From the NCBI GenBank assembly GCA_030390025.1, contig CM059433.1, positions 2,046,001 through 2,110,000 of the forward strand: a stretch of 64,000 nucleotides of DNA, in the 5' to 3' direction. Made by a program: the position numbers and the translations under genes. Under the pieces are notes generated by a model that saw only the letters and a program-made list of their open reading frames with translations, was not told the origin of the DNA and ran no database searches. This document shows positions 1 through 11,965 of this stretch, piece by piece (the first letter of the stretch is position 1; every line of letters begins with the position of its first letter). Origin of the DNA: Squalus acanthias. Lineage: Eukaryota.

Positions 1-410
1 CCCCCCAGAACCGGTTCCAATGTCCAAGGAATTTGAATCCCTCCCCCTTGCACCATTCCTCTAGCCATGTATTCATTTGAAATATCCTCCTATTTCTACT
101 CTGACTAGCACGTGGCACTGGTAGCAATCCTGAGATTACTACCTTTGAGGTCCTATTTTTTAATTTACCTCCTAACTCCCTATATTCTGCTTTTAGGACC
201 TCATCCCGTTTTTTACCTATATCGTTGGTGCCTATGTGCACCACGACAACTGGCTGTTCGCCCTCCCCCTCCAAAATGTTCTGTAGCCGCTCCGAGACGA
301 CCTTGACCCTTGCACCAGGGAGGCAACACACCATCCTGGAGTCTTGTTTGCGGCCGCAGAAACGCCTATCTATTCCCCTTACAATTGAGTCCCCTATCAC
401 TATAGCTCGC
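1..410 (-). mobile_element. CR1 LINE ORF1 fragment (SGNH/GDSL esterase domain), runs off the window
   Basis: Minus strand reads RAIVIGDSIVRGIDRRFC...CLPGARV...VVVHIGTNDIG...VVISGLLPVP...FLGHW. Confidence 0.88.
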
Positions 411-695
411 TGAAGTAAATGACTTGCACAATCCCTACTGAATTCAATGTGTGTGTGTGTGTACATTATCTATTATGATTACACTTGATATATTATAGTT
501 TTGCTAAATATAGAAAAAAAAATTCAAGCTGATTTTATTCACGTAAAATAGGATTTTAGTTTACATTGCAAAATCTTAAAAGGATAAATTTTTTAAAGTC
601 AGTAGTTTCTTTCTGTTAGTTCTCTGCACCTGTTGTTCTTAAAACAGCAGTTAGCTAAAGAATGGGGAAGTTAAGTATTACTGTTTTTGAAATTA

Positions 696-1218
696 GAAAG
701 AAAAGAAAGATTTGCATTAATATTGCGCCTTTCATGACCTCTGATGTCCCAGTGTGTTTTTTTTTACAGCCAATTGAAGTGCTCCTGAAGTGTAATTACC
801 ATTGTAATGTAGGAGACGCGGCAGCCAAATTGTGCACAGCAAGACCCCACAAACAGCAATGCGATAATAACCAGATAATCTGTTTGTGATGTTGGTTGAG
901 GGATAAATATTGGCCAGGACACCAGGGAGAACTCCTTGCTCTTCGAAAGTGCTATGGGATCTACTCGAGGGCAGAAGGGGCCTCAGTTTAACTTAGGAAC
1001 ACAGGAACAGGAGGAGGCCATTGAACCTCCTCGAGCCTGTTCAGCCATTCAATGAGATCATGGCTGATCTGTTACCTAACTGCATCTACCCGCCTATGGC
1101 CCATATCCCTTAATACCTTTGGTTAACAAAAATCTATCAATCTCCGATTCAAAATTAACAATTGATCTAGCGGAAGAGAACTTCTCATCCAAAAGACGGC
1201 ACCTCCGACAGTGCAGCA
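696..1218 (-). mobile_element. SacSINE1/DeuSINE-like SINE interrupted by a CR1 3' fragment (995-1178)
   Basis: Reverse complement of the copies at 37595 and 56519; resumes after the CR1 piece with AACTT duplicated. Confidence 0.8.
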
Positions 1219-1715
1219 AATCTGATCCCAGAGTTTGGGCTTGTGTGTTATGTATTTGATATTATTGTAAAATGATTAGGAAGAAACAATAATTCCCTTC
1301 CTTCCTCTCCCCTCCCCCCCACATACATATACTTAAATTTTAGCCTTCGTTGTCTGTTCATTGTGCCACTTCAGGCCATGTCCTGGTCAAGTGATTTGAG
1401 CAGATGGCCTCCCCTCAGGCCTTTTCTTGTTTAGCATTCTTGATTCAGCTGCTAAAAGGTTCACAAACTATTTGTGGTGGGTTCTTGTTATTTAATAGGA
1501 GCTTGCAAATGTAGGGGAGCAGTCCAAGAATCATCATTCCTTGCGTAGCATGGAAGCAGCAACTTGCCCCCTTGGAATGTTCTTACAATCTCTTATTGCT
1601 TTGGTCAAAATAATATTGCTGTGTTTTAGGTATTGAGGGGTCCCTTCTGATGGGAATGTTGCTTGTTTAATTCAAACTGCTTGTGGGCCTTTTAGTGTCC
1701 CATTTCCTTGACATT

Positions 1716-2459
1716 GGCCCAGAAATTGATCTCGCTCTGTTCCCGCGGGGGTAAGCCTTCCCCGCGATGTCTCACCTCGCTTATGCTTTTTCAGATCCAG
1801 CTCGCACGAACTTGATGTTCCAGACATCAGCTGTGCTGGGCTTGCGTATCCCAGCGGCGTAGTGAATTCGTGCGAGCTGTGGGATCACGTGACTCAGTTA
1901 GAGCCAATGGCAGCACACCATCTTCCATTCATAAATCTCACAGCATGGCTGAGAGACTTATGAATCTTACACCCCCCCAAAATAACAGCTAAACCTCAAT
2001 TAAATTAAAAAAAAAAACCATCACATTAATAAAATAAGTATAGTTAATTAAATTAACCATTTTAAATAAAAAATTAAATTTTTGAAAAAATTTAAAATCT
2101 TTTAAAAAGTTATAAAAATAAACTTACCTGTCTTTAAAGTCTATAAAAAAGATATACCTGTAAAAAAAAATTCAAAAAAATACTTAATTCACTACTTACC
2201 TTCTTAAAAGCGGGTCTTACTCCTCCTTTTTACATTTCCAAAATCTTCAGTACTTACCTGCGCGTCCAAAGCATGAAGTGCACAGCGTGCGCGCAGCCTG
2301 TAGCGCGCACGCGATGCACTCCGGCCCCGCCCCCTTTTCGGAAGAGCAATTGCCGGTTTTCAGCGCATGCGCAGGGCATGCAGAAAACCGGCAATTGGAG
2401 TGGAAATACGCGAGAGTATGCAGTGCGTACTCTCGCGTCCCGGGATCAATTTTCGGCCC
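1716..2459. mobile_element. PIF/Harbinger-type MITE
   Basis: Imperfect TIRs GGCCCAGAAATTGATC / GATCAATTTTCGGCCC; 3-bp TSD ATT; internal hairpins. Confidence 0.75.
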
Positions 2460-3012
2460 ATTGTATGCCTTCTGTGCATGCTTTCAAGAATAATTACACA
2501 ATATAATACTCTTAATGTTGAATACAGATTTGGAACTTGGGTCTGCAAAAATTTTTATTTTATATGCAAAATAATTCTCTATTGGATATGAGTTATATTC
2601 TTAATTTTCATTTTCATTTTGGGATTATGCTGAATATATATTTCATTAAAACTAGTGGTTTGCAGAATTCTGCACTTATTCTGAACAAAATATTTATACA
2701 GGAACACCTTCCTACCACAGCAGTAATTGTATCAAGCTTATTGCAGTAAATGTATTCTGCAGAGAAATAAAAGTACAGATTAAAACTGTTAGCAGTAAAA
2801 AAATGGATTGGGCACTATATTCATTCAAGTTATAGTTATGCAGTTCCAAGAAAGCTGTAGGACACAATGTGGAAGACACATTAAATGCTGCATAAGGTTG
2901 TGGAAATAGTTAAAATGTTACACATGGCAATGCTCAAGTGTCCTGTCAAGCCCCAGTTTTACATTCCCTACCGTCATGCATCGCACCTCTCAACTTTCAA
3001 TTGGGACGCTTC

Positions 3013-3834
3013 GGGCTCAATTTTCACCGGCCCGTGGAGGTGGGTTTGGAGGCGGGAGTGGTGTGAAAATAGCAGATTCGGGGGTCTCGAACCCATCCCG
3101 CCCCCAACCCGCCTCCATGCCAGTTTCTCAGAAGGCGGGTACCCGACCTGTGCTGGGACCCGCCTCCCCGAGGTGGGAAGGGGATTAGTGCCAATAAACT
3201 GCCTGTTAACAGGCAGTTTTTTGCCTAATCCCTATTTTTGGCCCTGAAGTGTGGGCTTCCCGACAGGTCCGAACCACGCCAATTTAGCGAGGCGGACCAT
3301 CGGTCTGGAGGGCTTGGAGGGGTCGAGATGTCCGGTGTGCAGGTGAGTGATGGGTGCATGAGTGCAGAGGTAAGTGTGTTTGGTGTGTGTAAAGTGTTTT
3401 AAGAACTTGTACTTACCTTAACTTTGTCCTGCAGGCTAGCTTCCTTAAGGTGTCGGGAGTCCCTCACATCCACGGCACAGAAAGCAGAATGGCCGCGGAG
3501 CTATCAAAAGCTGCAGTCTCTGCTTTCTGTGCTGGATTGATTTCTAACTGAGTCTAAGTACAGGGACTCACGTTAGAAATCATATTGTCAGTGATTGACA
3601 GCTTCACAGAGCTGTCAAACGCTGAAATTTCATCTGTCAAAAGCTCTTGACAGATGAAATTTCAATGGCTGACGTCACCTGTATCCAAGGGACCCTTGAT
3701 TGGCCTGCTAAGCCCGCTGGGCGGGCTTAACAAGGTCAATCAAGGGAAAATACAGTGGGTTGGCCACAAGTCGATGGAGGCGGGACTACAACTCAAAAAG
3801 CCTCCATCACGTCCCCATTGACAAAATCCAGCCC
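3013..3834. mobile_element. PIF/Harbinger-type MITE
   Basis: TIRs GGGCTCAATTTT / AAAATCCAGCCC; flanks TTC/TTA; internal hairpin array. Confidence 0.7.
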
Positions 3835-4107
3835 TTATAGTCTCTCCATCGGTGTAGTTTAGATTAGATAGTCACTGTAGTCTTCCACTGTGAGCGTGTT
3901 CTATTTCAAAACCAGATAGCTTGCATTTTCTTTAATACTCAGGTTTTTAATCCTGATTTTATTCAGTATCTTTTTTTTTTAACCAGTGATATAAAGAGGG
4001 TGTGCGTGACTTGTTGGTTGTTTTTGGGTCTACATTTTTTGGGTCTACATTTTTAAATATGGGTTCACGTGGGCTCGTGTTAAACTCTATGGGGCCGGTT
4101 TTCTTCT

Positions 4108-4871
4108 GTGGTATGGTTATGTTACTGGACTAGTAATCCAGAGGCCTGGACTAATCATCCGGAGACATGAGTACAAATCCCACCAAGCTGGGGAATTTAA
4201 ATTCAATTAAATAAATCTGGAATAAAAAAGCTAGTACAGGAAACTTTTGTTTATCCGGCACCCAAATATCCGGAATTCTCGCTTAACCGGCAAAAATCAT
4301 CCTCCGAAAACTCCTCTCAAATAACCGGCAATGTTGCCGAGTCGCAGTCGAGTCTCCGCGAACGCCGAGTACTCCGAAAACTCCTCTCAAATAACCGGCA
4401 ATGTTGCCGATCCCGAGTCCGAGTCCGCGAACGCCGATTTAGTCAGTAGGGGTAGTTTTCAAAAGTACCCAAATACTGTATACTGCACATTTCTTGATTT
4501 ATTTATTTTTCTTTGTTAAAAATAGCCTCGGTAGATATAACTCTCCGTTATCCGGTACTTTCGATAAACCGGCACCACGCCGGTCCCGTCGGTGCCGGTT
4601 AATAGAGAGTTTCCTGTATCAGTAATGGTGACCATGAAATGACCGGATTGTCGTTAAAAACCCATCTGGTTCACTAATGTCCTTTAGGGAAGGAAATCTG
4701 CCGTCCTTACCTGGTCTGGCCTATATGTGACTCCAGACCCACAGCAATGTGGTTGACTCTGAAATGGCCTAGCAAGCCACTCGGTTGTATTCAAGAATGT
4801 GGCTCACCAGCACCTTCCCGAGGGCAATTGGGGATGGGCAATAAATGCTGGCCTTGCCGGCGACGCCCACA
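4108..4871 (+). mobile_element. tRNA-headed SINE (family uncertain, possibly MetaSINE-like) split by a MITE
   Basis: tRNA-like head, 3' tail gggatgggcaataaatgctggcc; a second fragment sits at 48237-48385. Confidence 0.7.
4237..4616. mobile_element. pogo/Tigger-type MITE
   Basis: TA TSD (4235-36, 4617-18); about 25-bp imperfect TIRs CAGGAAACT....CCGGCAC. Confidence 0.85.
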
Positions 4872-6065
4872 TTGATCCTGATTTGAGGTGAGCATTGATT
4901 ACCAGGCAGTAGTCCGACCTGCTGGTAGCTCAACATATTTAGCTGAAACTGTAGCTTGCAGAAAGCTCACTGCCTGACTTACACTGGGGAGATGGGAGGT
5001 GATGGAGGAAAATTGTGGCCTCTATCATTAACTTGATCCATGCCTGTCTACTTCAGATTCTCCAGTGCCAGTCTTCAATGATTATTTTGACATTTGTCCT
5101 AGAATATGGCAAAAAGTATTATAGTCTGGTGCAACTGTGATAAGGCGTTCTTTCAGTTTATGCCCAATTATTTTTGCAGGGCTCAGTAATTAAGAACTTA
5201 CACCAAACCTTTTAACGGCTGATCTTTAACCCAGTAATGGGGATTATATATATTATTTATAACACAGGGTCACTGTTTCAAAAACTTTATTGTGCTTGGG
5301 TGGAACAAATAGAAGAAAATTGGACAGGGAGAAGCATGTGCTTGTAACAGAGCCTGTCTGATTTTTCCATTCATTATGAAAATTGGACACGTTCCATTGT
5401 GCGAGTGCAGTTTTCCTCTGAGTGCTGTGCGCAGACAATCCTTTACGCCCAGGTGCAAAAAGAGAAAAAATTGCCCCCAAATGTTTTTTATTTTCATTGT
5501 TGTAAGAGTAAGCTATGCCATAGCTAGGACCATAGACATGAAATATTTAAAATATTTCAATGCTTAACGTTAGCCTGTAATTTCTGCTACAACATCCTTA
5601 AGACATGATTTATTTTGATATCTTTACTTATAGTGTTATAAACATGATATAATCAAATGGAATGGGGATCTTAATATGCAAATAGTTTCTACATTGTTAA
5701 TGAATCTCTGAGGACTGTCTATTAAATGTTTATGTAAGTTGTTTAGTAATACAAATAGCTATTTATTACAGTATAAAAAACATTTATATGTTAATGAATT
5801 TTGTGTCATGGTTGATATTAAATTTCAGTGCACAAGCTTAATTAATAGAACAAAATTAATAAAACCCTTCATGGCTGTATTTGTTCTGATTTTTAATAAT
5901 TCAGGCAATTTACACTCACAATTATCACCGGTTTAAAATGCAGTTTGTAGTTAGTTGTTCAAACTTCTTTCAGACTTTATTCCATTTAAACTTGATTTGG
6001 ATCAGAATTAAATCTACATTTGGAACAATGCCAACCAAGCAAAAAAATTGCAATTTAAAAAATAT

Positions 6066-6869
6066 AGGGGGAAAAATTCAGTTGGTTGCGCCTCCCGTTA
6101 GTGCCTTAAGAGGGTGCTAATGGGGCGCAAAGCATCCAGCGCCCAGGCACGGTGAAGTTTGCGCTGCTCGCGAAATTAACTAGACATTTTGCGGCGGCGC
6201 TAAACACTACCGCCACGATCTCCTGCGCCAGCAGATCGTGACGTCAGTCGAGTGCGCAACGCCCCGGAGCGGATATTGAGTGGCGCCCCCTGCCTTACCG
6301 CCTGACGCTAGCAACGACAGGTTGAGGGGAGCGTTCTGCAGTCATGAAGGGAAAGGGGGAGCGCTATTTAAAGGTGACCGCTTCCTGCCTTTTATTGTTG
6401 GTGCCATTTTTGAACTACGCATTCTGAGAGAGAGAGAGACTTCTGGAGAGATTCAATGTTGTGTGAAGGAGTTTTGGGTACTGAGCAGCACTTTGCAGGT
6501 TCATTTTGATTTGCCATTCCTTGTATCGATTTAGAAGAGACTGTGGGGGCTGCACTCTGAGCTCTTTGCCTGGTACTCTCCATTGTTCTTTCCAGCAGAT
6601 TTGATGTGCAGGTCTCTCCAGGCCGAGATTCAAGGCTGCAATGAGCAGGATGTGGATTAAAAGCAAGATCAACCATCCCCTTTAAGAACTGGCCCGTGCC
6701 ATTGTGTGTGTGTTCCATTGCTGACTGACATTACATGAGCTTCGCCAGCGCTCTGAGGTAGCGCCTCGCTCCTCGGCCTTTGCGCCTTAAGACAGGTGTG
6801 AAGCGCCTGATTTAGCGCTCCAATCACCTCCAGGGGCGATAAAAGTCAAGTTTGCAGTCGGTGGCGATA
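6066..6869 (+). mobile_element. Harbinger-type non-autonomous element, right end truncated by CR1
   Basis: GGGGGAAAAATTC terminus; inverted homolog at 63066-63940. Confidence 0.75.
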
Positions 6870-8578
6870 ATACTCAATGAGTACTTTGTATCGGTTTTTA
6901 CTAAGGAGGTGGATGCTGACAAAATATCGTTAGCAGTGGAAAAGATAAAAGCAATGGAAGGGTGAAAATTGATACAGGATGTACTGGAAAGGCTGGGTAT
7001 GCTGAGAGTGGATAAGTCGCCTGGTCCAGATGGCTTACATCCCAGATTGCTAAGGGAATTGGGGGAGGAGATAGCGGTAGGGCTTGCCATAATTTTCCAA
7101 TCTTCCCTAGATGCGGGTAAGGTGCCAGAGGATTGGAAAGTGGCAAATGTGACACCATTGTTCAAGAAAGGGTGCAAGGACAATCCTAGTAACTACAGGC
7201 CGGTCAGTTTAACATCAGTGGTGGGTATAAAGTTTTAGAAAAAATAATCAAGGAAAAAATTAATGGGCACTTGGAGAGGTTTAAGCTAAATAAGGAGAGC
7301 CAACACGGATTTGTAAAAGGCAGATCATGTTTGACTAATTGAATTTTTTGATGAAGTAACAGGGAGGATCGATGAAGGGAATGCAATGGATGTTGTCAAC
7401 ATTGATTTTCAGAAGGCGTTTGACAAAGTACCACATAGAAGGCTGGTAACAAAATTGAGGCTCATGGAATAGGTGGGTCAGTGGCAGTTTGGATAAGGAA
7501 TTGGCTTAAGGACAGAAAACAGCGAGTTGTGGTAAATGGCAGTTTTTCAGACTGGAGGATGGTAGACAGTGGTGTTCCCCAAGGGTCAGTGCTGGGGCCA
7601 CTGCTTTTTTTGATTTTTATAAATGACCTGGATATTGGAATACAGAGTAGAATTTCTAAATTTGCCGATGACACCAAACTTGGGGATGTGGCAAACAGTG
7701 AGAATGATACCAATTGACTGCAACAGGACGTAGAAAGGCTAGCAGAATGGGCAGGCAAGTGGCAGATGGAATTTAATGCAAAGAAGTGTGAGGTGATGCA
7801 TTTTGGCAGAAGGAACAGGGAGAGGCAATATACACTTAATGGCACAGTTTTAAAGAGTGTGCAGGGACAGAGGGACCTGGGAGTTAATGTGCATAGGTCC
7901 CTGAAGGTGGCAGGACATATTGAGAGAGTGGTTAGCAAAGCATATGGGATCTTGGGTTTCATAAATAGTGGTATTGAGTACAAAAGTAGAGAAATTATGC
8001 TGAACCTTTATAAAGTGCTGGTTAGGCCACAACTGGAGTATTGCGTCCAGTTCTGGTCACCACACTTTAGGAAGGATGTGAAGGCCCTTGAGAGGGTGCA
8101 GAGGAGATTTACCAGAATGGTTCCGGGGATAGGGGAACTTAGCTACAAGGACAGGTTGGAGAAGCTGGATTTGTTTTCATTAGAGCAAAGGAGGTTGAGG
8201 GGTGATTTGATAGAGGTGTACAAGATTATAACGGGTTTGGATAGGCTAGACGGGGAAAGGCTGTCCCCACTAGTTGATGGTACAAGGACTAGGGGACACA
8301 GATTTAAGGTTTTGGGCAAAAGATACAGGGGGGGCTGTGAGGAAAAACTTTTTCACGCAGCGAGTGGTGAGGACCTGGAACTCGCTGCCGACGGAAGTGG
8401 TGAAAGCGGAGACACTCGATGTTTTCAAGGGGAGACTGGATAGGCACTTGATGGATATAAACTTGAAGTGCTACGGGGATAGAGCGGGGGAATGGGACTG
8501 ACTCGATTGCTCTGCAGAGAGCCGGCACGGACTCGATGGGCCGAATGGCCTCCTCCTGTGCCGTTATGACTCAATGAC
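6867..8578 (+). mobile_element. CR1 LINE, 5'-truncated ORF2 (RT) plus 3' UTR
   Basis: [41 protein letters not shown]; frameshifts; microsatellite tail. Confidence 0.95.
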
Positions 8579-9315
8579 CTGTTTTCTGTCTGTTAACCAA
8601 TCCTCAGTCCACGCTAATATATTATCCCCAATCACATGAGCCCTAATTTTGTGTAATAACTTCTTGTGTGGCACCTTATTGAATGCCTTCTGAAAATCCA
8701 AAGACACCACATCCACTGGTTTCCCCTTTATCTACCCTGCTAGTTACATCCTCAAAAAACTCTAATAAATCCGTGTTGACTTTGCCCAATCATATGATTT
8801 GCTAAGTGACCTATTACAATGTCCCTAATAATAAATTCTAGCATTTTCCCTACTACTGATGTCAGACTAACTGGCCTCTAGTTCCCTGTTTTCGCTCTCC
8901 CTCTTTTCTTGAATAGTGGGGTTACATTTGCTACCTTCCAATCCGCGGGGACCGTTCTAGAATCTAGGGAATTCTGGAAGATCAAACCCAATGCATCCAC
9001 TATTTCTGTAGCTACCGCTTTTAAAACCCGAGGATGTCGGCCATCACGTCCAGAGGCTTTGTCGGCTTTTAGGCCCATTAATTTCTGCAGTACTATTTTT
9101 TTACTAATAGTAATTTCTTTAAGTTCCTCATTCTCACTAGACCCTTGGTTCCCCACTATTTCCGGAATGTTTTTTGTGTCTTCCATGAAGACAGGTACAA
9201 AATATTTGTTTACTCTGTCTGCCAATTTCTTTATTCCCCATTATAATTTCTCCCATCTCTGCATGTGAAGGACCCTCGTTTACTTTCGCTAATCTCGTAC
9301 TTTTTACATACCTAT
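8579..9315 (-). mobile_element. CR1 ORF2 internal fragment
   Basis: DWKVANVTPLFKK on the minus strand. Confidence 0.9.
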
Positions 9316-10360
9316 AAAATGCCCCTATTGAAGAAATAATATTACTGCAAATGTATTGAATGATGATCTGTGACTGATTACTAACAAATAACAGCCCCAG
9401 TATATTTAATTGGGCTAAGTTTGCACACATGCAGGCACTGATAATGTTCCAATGCTTCCTGATGAGACACTGACGTTGTATTGAAATATTTTTCATTGAG
9501 ATTTACTGGGTATTTAGAGATGTTTGGAAACAAATAGTATACTCTATCAGTAGAATGGTGACTGATGTACTCATGATTTAAATGTGTTTTTTTACATTCC
9601 TTTTTTGTGACGCATTTTGTGTTCATGGAGATGACATTGTTTGTGATAGTACTGATGTAATGGCTTATTTAAACTGGATACTATTCTCAGCAGTTTTTGT
9701 GGTTTACATTTCATAATACCCTTAAAAATAAATTTCCAAACTACTAATTCCTCACATAGGATCCATTAATCTGTAGTTAATTTATAAAATTAATTATTCT
9801 CATTTTACAAAGCCTGTTCAGAAATAGTAAAATTGCCCAGGTTTCTGGCGAATACGTATGCCTGGAAAATGATGGCTAATTTGTCCCTTATGAACGAGTA
9901 CTTGAACGGATTGCAAATCCTTAATGCAACAAATACCTTATGCTCGAATTAGTAGTTGAAAGGACATCAATGCTAATTTGCTGAATCCAGCAAGATTTTG
10001 GAATGCTGAATGACCTAAACTCAACCAGTGCAGCAGAAATCCTGGCTAACATCATTGGTCAAATTCCCAAAGCAGCTGCGAAATTCGGAGTTCACTGGTC
10101 TCTGAATAGATCGGAGCCTCACTTCCAAATTCTGTCATCCCTTCTTGTCCTCTTGTTTGACTTGTGCCCTTCAATAGATAGATTTCTGCTATTTTCCTTT
10201 GTTGCTCTATAGGGGGCAAAGGAAGAAAAATGTATCTTATTTCCTGCCTCTGAAATTTATCCACTCTGTCAGTGAAGCAAATTTGTGCTGGTATAGTATT
10301 CCTTCAGCACTCCGGTACCCCTTCCAAGTGGCTCTTTGTGTGTGTGCATGCCTAGATTGG

Positions 10361-10465
10361 GAATAACAACAGAAAACGCTGGAAAAACTCAGCAGGCCAG
10401 GCAGCATCCGTGGAGAGAGAAAGAGAGTTAACGTTTCAGGTCGATGACCTTTCATCAGACTGGGA
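10361..10465 (-). mobile_element. Penelope-like element 3' repeat with hammerhead motif
   Basis: Homologous to the 3' end of the GIY-YIG element at 14138; minus strand reads CTGATGA-A-AGGTC-ATC-GACCT-GAAACGTT. Confidence 0.8.
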
Positions 10466-10828
10466 ATATTGTCAGTCCACTGGGAAGGTGGAGGGAGAAA
10501 AGTATCATAGAAAAGCCTAATTTGTTAGAACCCAATATTTACATGGGGACTTTGTAGTTAGTCATTGGATATGGTCAAGACCAAGAATCATAGCTTCTTT
10601 TGCTACACGTGCAAATACATTCAAGTGCAGTTTGCTTTAATTAAACCCCATATTGCAGCTAAAATAAGTATTGGGGAGGGGGAAGCTATGGAGATGTGAA
10701 CTGTCCAAGGGAGGGCAAGAATGTACGGAGGTGATGGTGTGTACGTCTTCACCTATTGGCTCCATCAACCACGCAAAGTATAATGGAATAATTTCATAGC
10801 CAACAAGCATGTTGAATGCAAAAGAGAA

Positions 10829-11036
10829 TGATGTGGAGATGCCGGTGTTGGACTGGGGTGGACAAATGTGAGAAGTCGCACAACACCAGGTTATAGTCCA
10901 ACAGTTTTATTTGAAATCACAAGCTTTCGGAGCGCTGCTCCTTCGTCAGGTCCTTCACCTGACGAAGGAGCAGTGCTCCGAAAGCTTGTGATTTCAAATA
11001 AAACTGTTGGACTATAACCTGGTGTTGTGCGACTTC
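10829..11036. mobile_element. Palindromic Penelope-type terminal-repeat insertion with two hammerhead motifs
   Basis: 80-bp inverted arms (10872-10951 / 10957-11036, 1 mismatch); perfect 11-bp TSD GCAAAAGAGAA. Confidence 0.85.
10955..10991 (+). ncRNA. Minimal type I hammerhead ribozyme motif
   Basis: UCAC-CUGACGA-A-GGAGC(AGU)GCUCC-GAAA-GC-UU-GUGA: stem I UCAC/GUGA, 5-bp stem II, palindromic minimal stem III. Confidence 0.7.
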
Positions 11037-11965
11037 GCAAAAGAGAAGCAATTTTAAAAATAATAAATGCAGAGTAATTTTCTCCATAAGGACACATTTC
11101 TAAATTCATTTAATATTTTTTTCTGCTTTTGTGCTTTCTGCTTTTTTTTGTTTTATACTGTGTTTGTTTTTTCTTGCAACGTTGCTCGTAATTGCCACTG
11201 GATTGTAGAAGTTACAGAATTTCATAGTGCTAGGAGCTAAAAGTGATGACAGTGGGTATAGTCATTAAACCAGTTAGAACTGTGCATCTTAGTTTGAGGG
11301 AGCTGAATTATCAGCCTTGGTGACTCCAAGCAGTACTTCGATGATCACAGCCACTGATTTAGTGCATGGGATTCCAGGATTTTTACTTGTGGTTTTGAGT
11401 TCAAACTCTGCAATTCTGTCCATTGTTCCATGTAGGTTGTAAATCAACAGCCTTGTACTGATGCTAGCAACAGTCAATTTGATAATATAAATAAAGTTAA
11501 TAGACCAACAAAGATATTAAAATTTAACGCAGGATTTTATCATTGGAATACAGTTTTTTTAACTGATGTTAACAGGGTTATGTCGCACGATTTGATGTAT
11601 AAATTATTAGTTTATGTATTCAAAAGACCACATAAGCCAAGAACAATACATTTAGTACATTTACTGTGAACTGGGTAATTAAAATTTCACCTGTTTGATT
11701 TGCTTTATGAAGCAACATATTTTTGGCAAATGTATAAAAATATGAGACTGGAGCCATTTAAATAAAAGCTGGAAAGCGGCGTAATCCTGAAAATGAAATG
11801 CGTATAAATGAATTTGAACAGTTATTTTGTAATTAATAAATACTTTTTCACACATTCACATTCTCTCACTGTTGCTCTCTACATACGCGTGCACACACAC
11901 ATTGTAGTTCTGAGATGATGGGAATTCCTGACTTTGTTTTGAATGTATTACAATTTTTTTGACAG

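Larger units (their letters stand above)
4091..5022. mobile_element. Degenerate Harbinger-type MITE hosting a SINE
   Basis: GGGGCCGGTTTTCTTC ... GAGGAAAATTGTGGCCTC with TAT on both sides. Confidence 0.5.

Noticed and set aside
4021..4054. Short duplication tttttgggtctacattttt
   Set aside because: Ordinary slippage duplication.
6280..6718. ORFs shared with 63290-63671 that look like a conserved small protein
   Set aside because: They come from two copies of the same non-autonomous element; no recognisable domain and the C-termini differ.
7462..7983. 173-aa minus-strand ORF and similar ones at 29082 and 43431
   Set aside because: Antisense shadows of CR1 reverse transcriptase.
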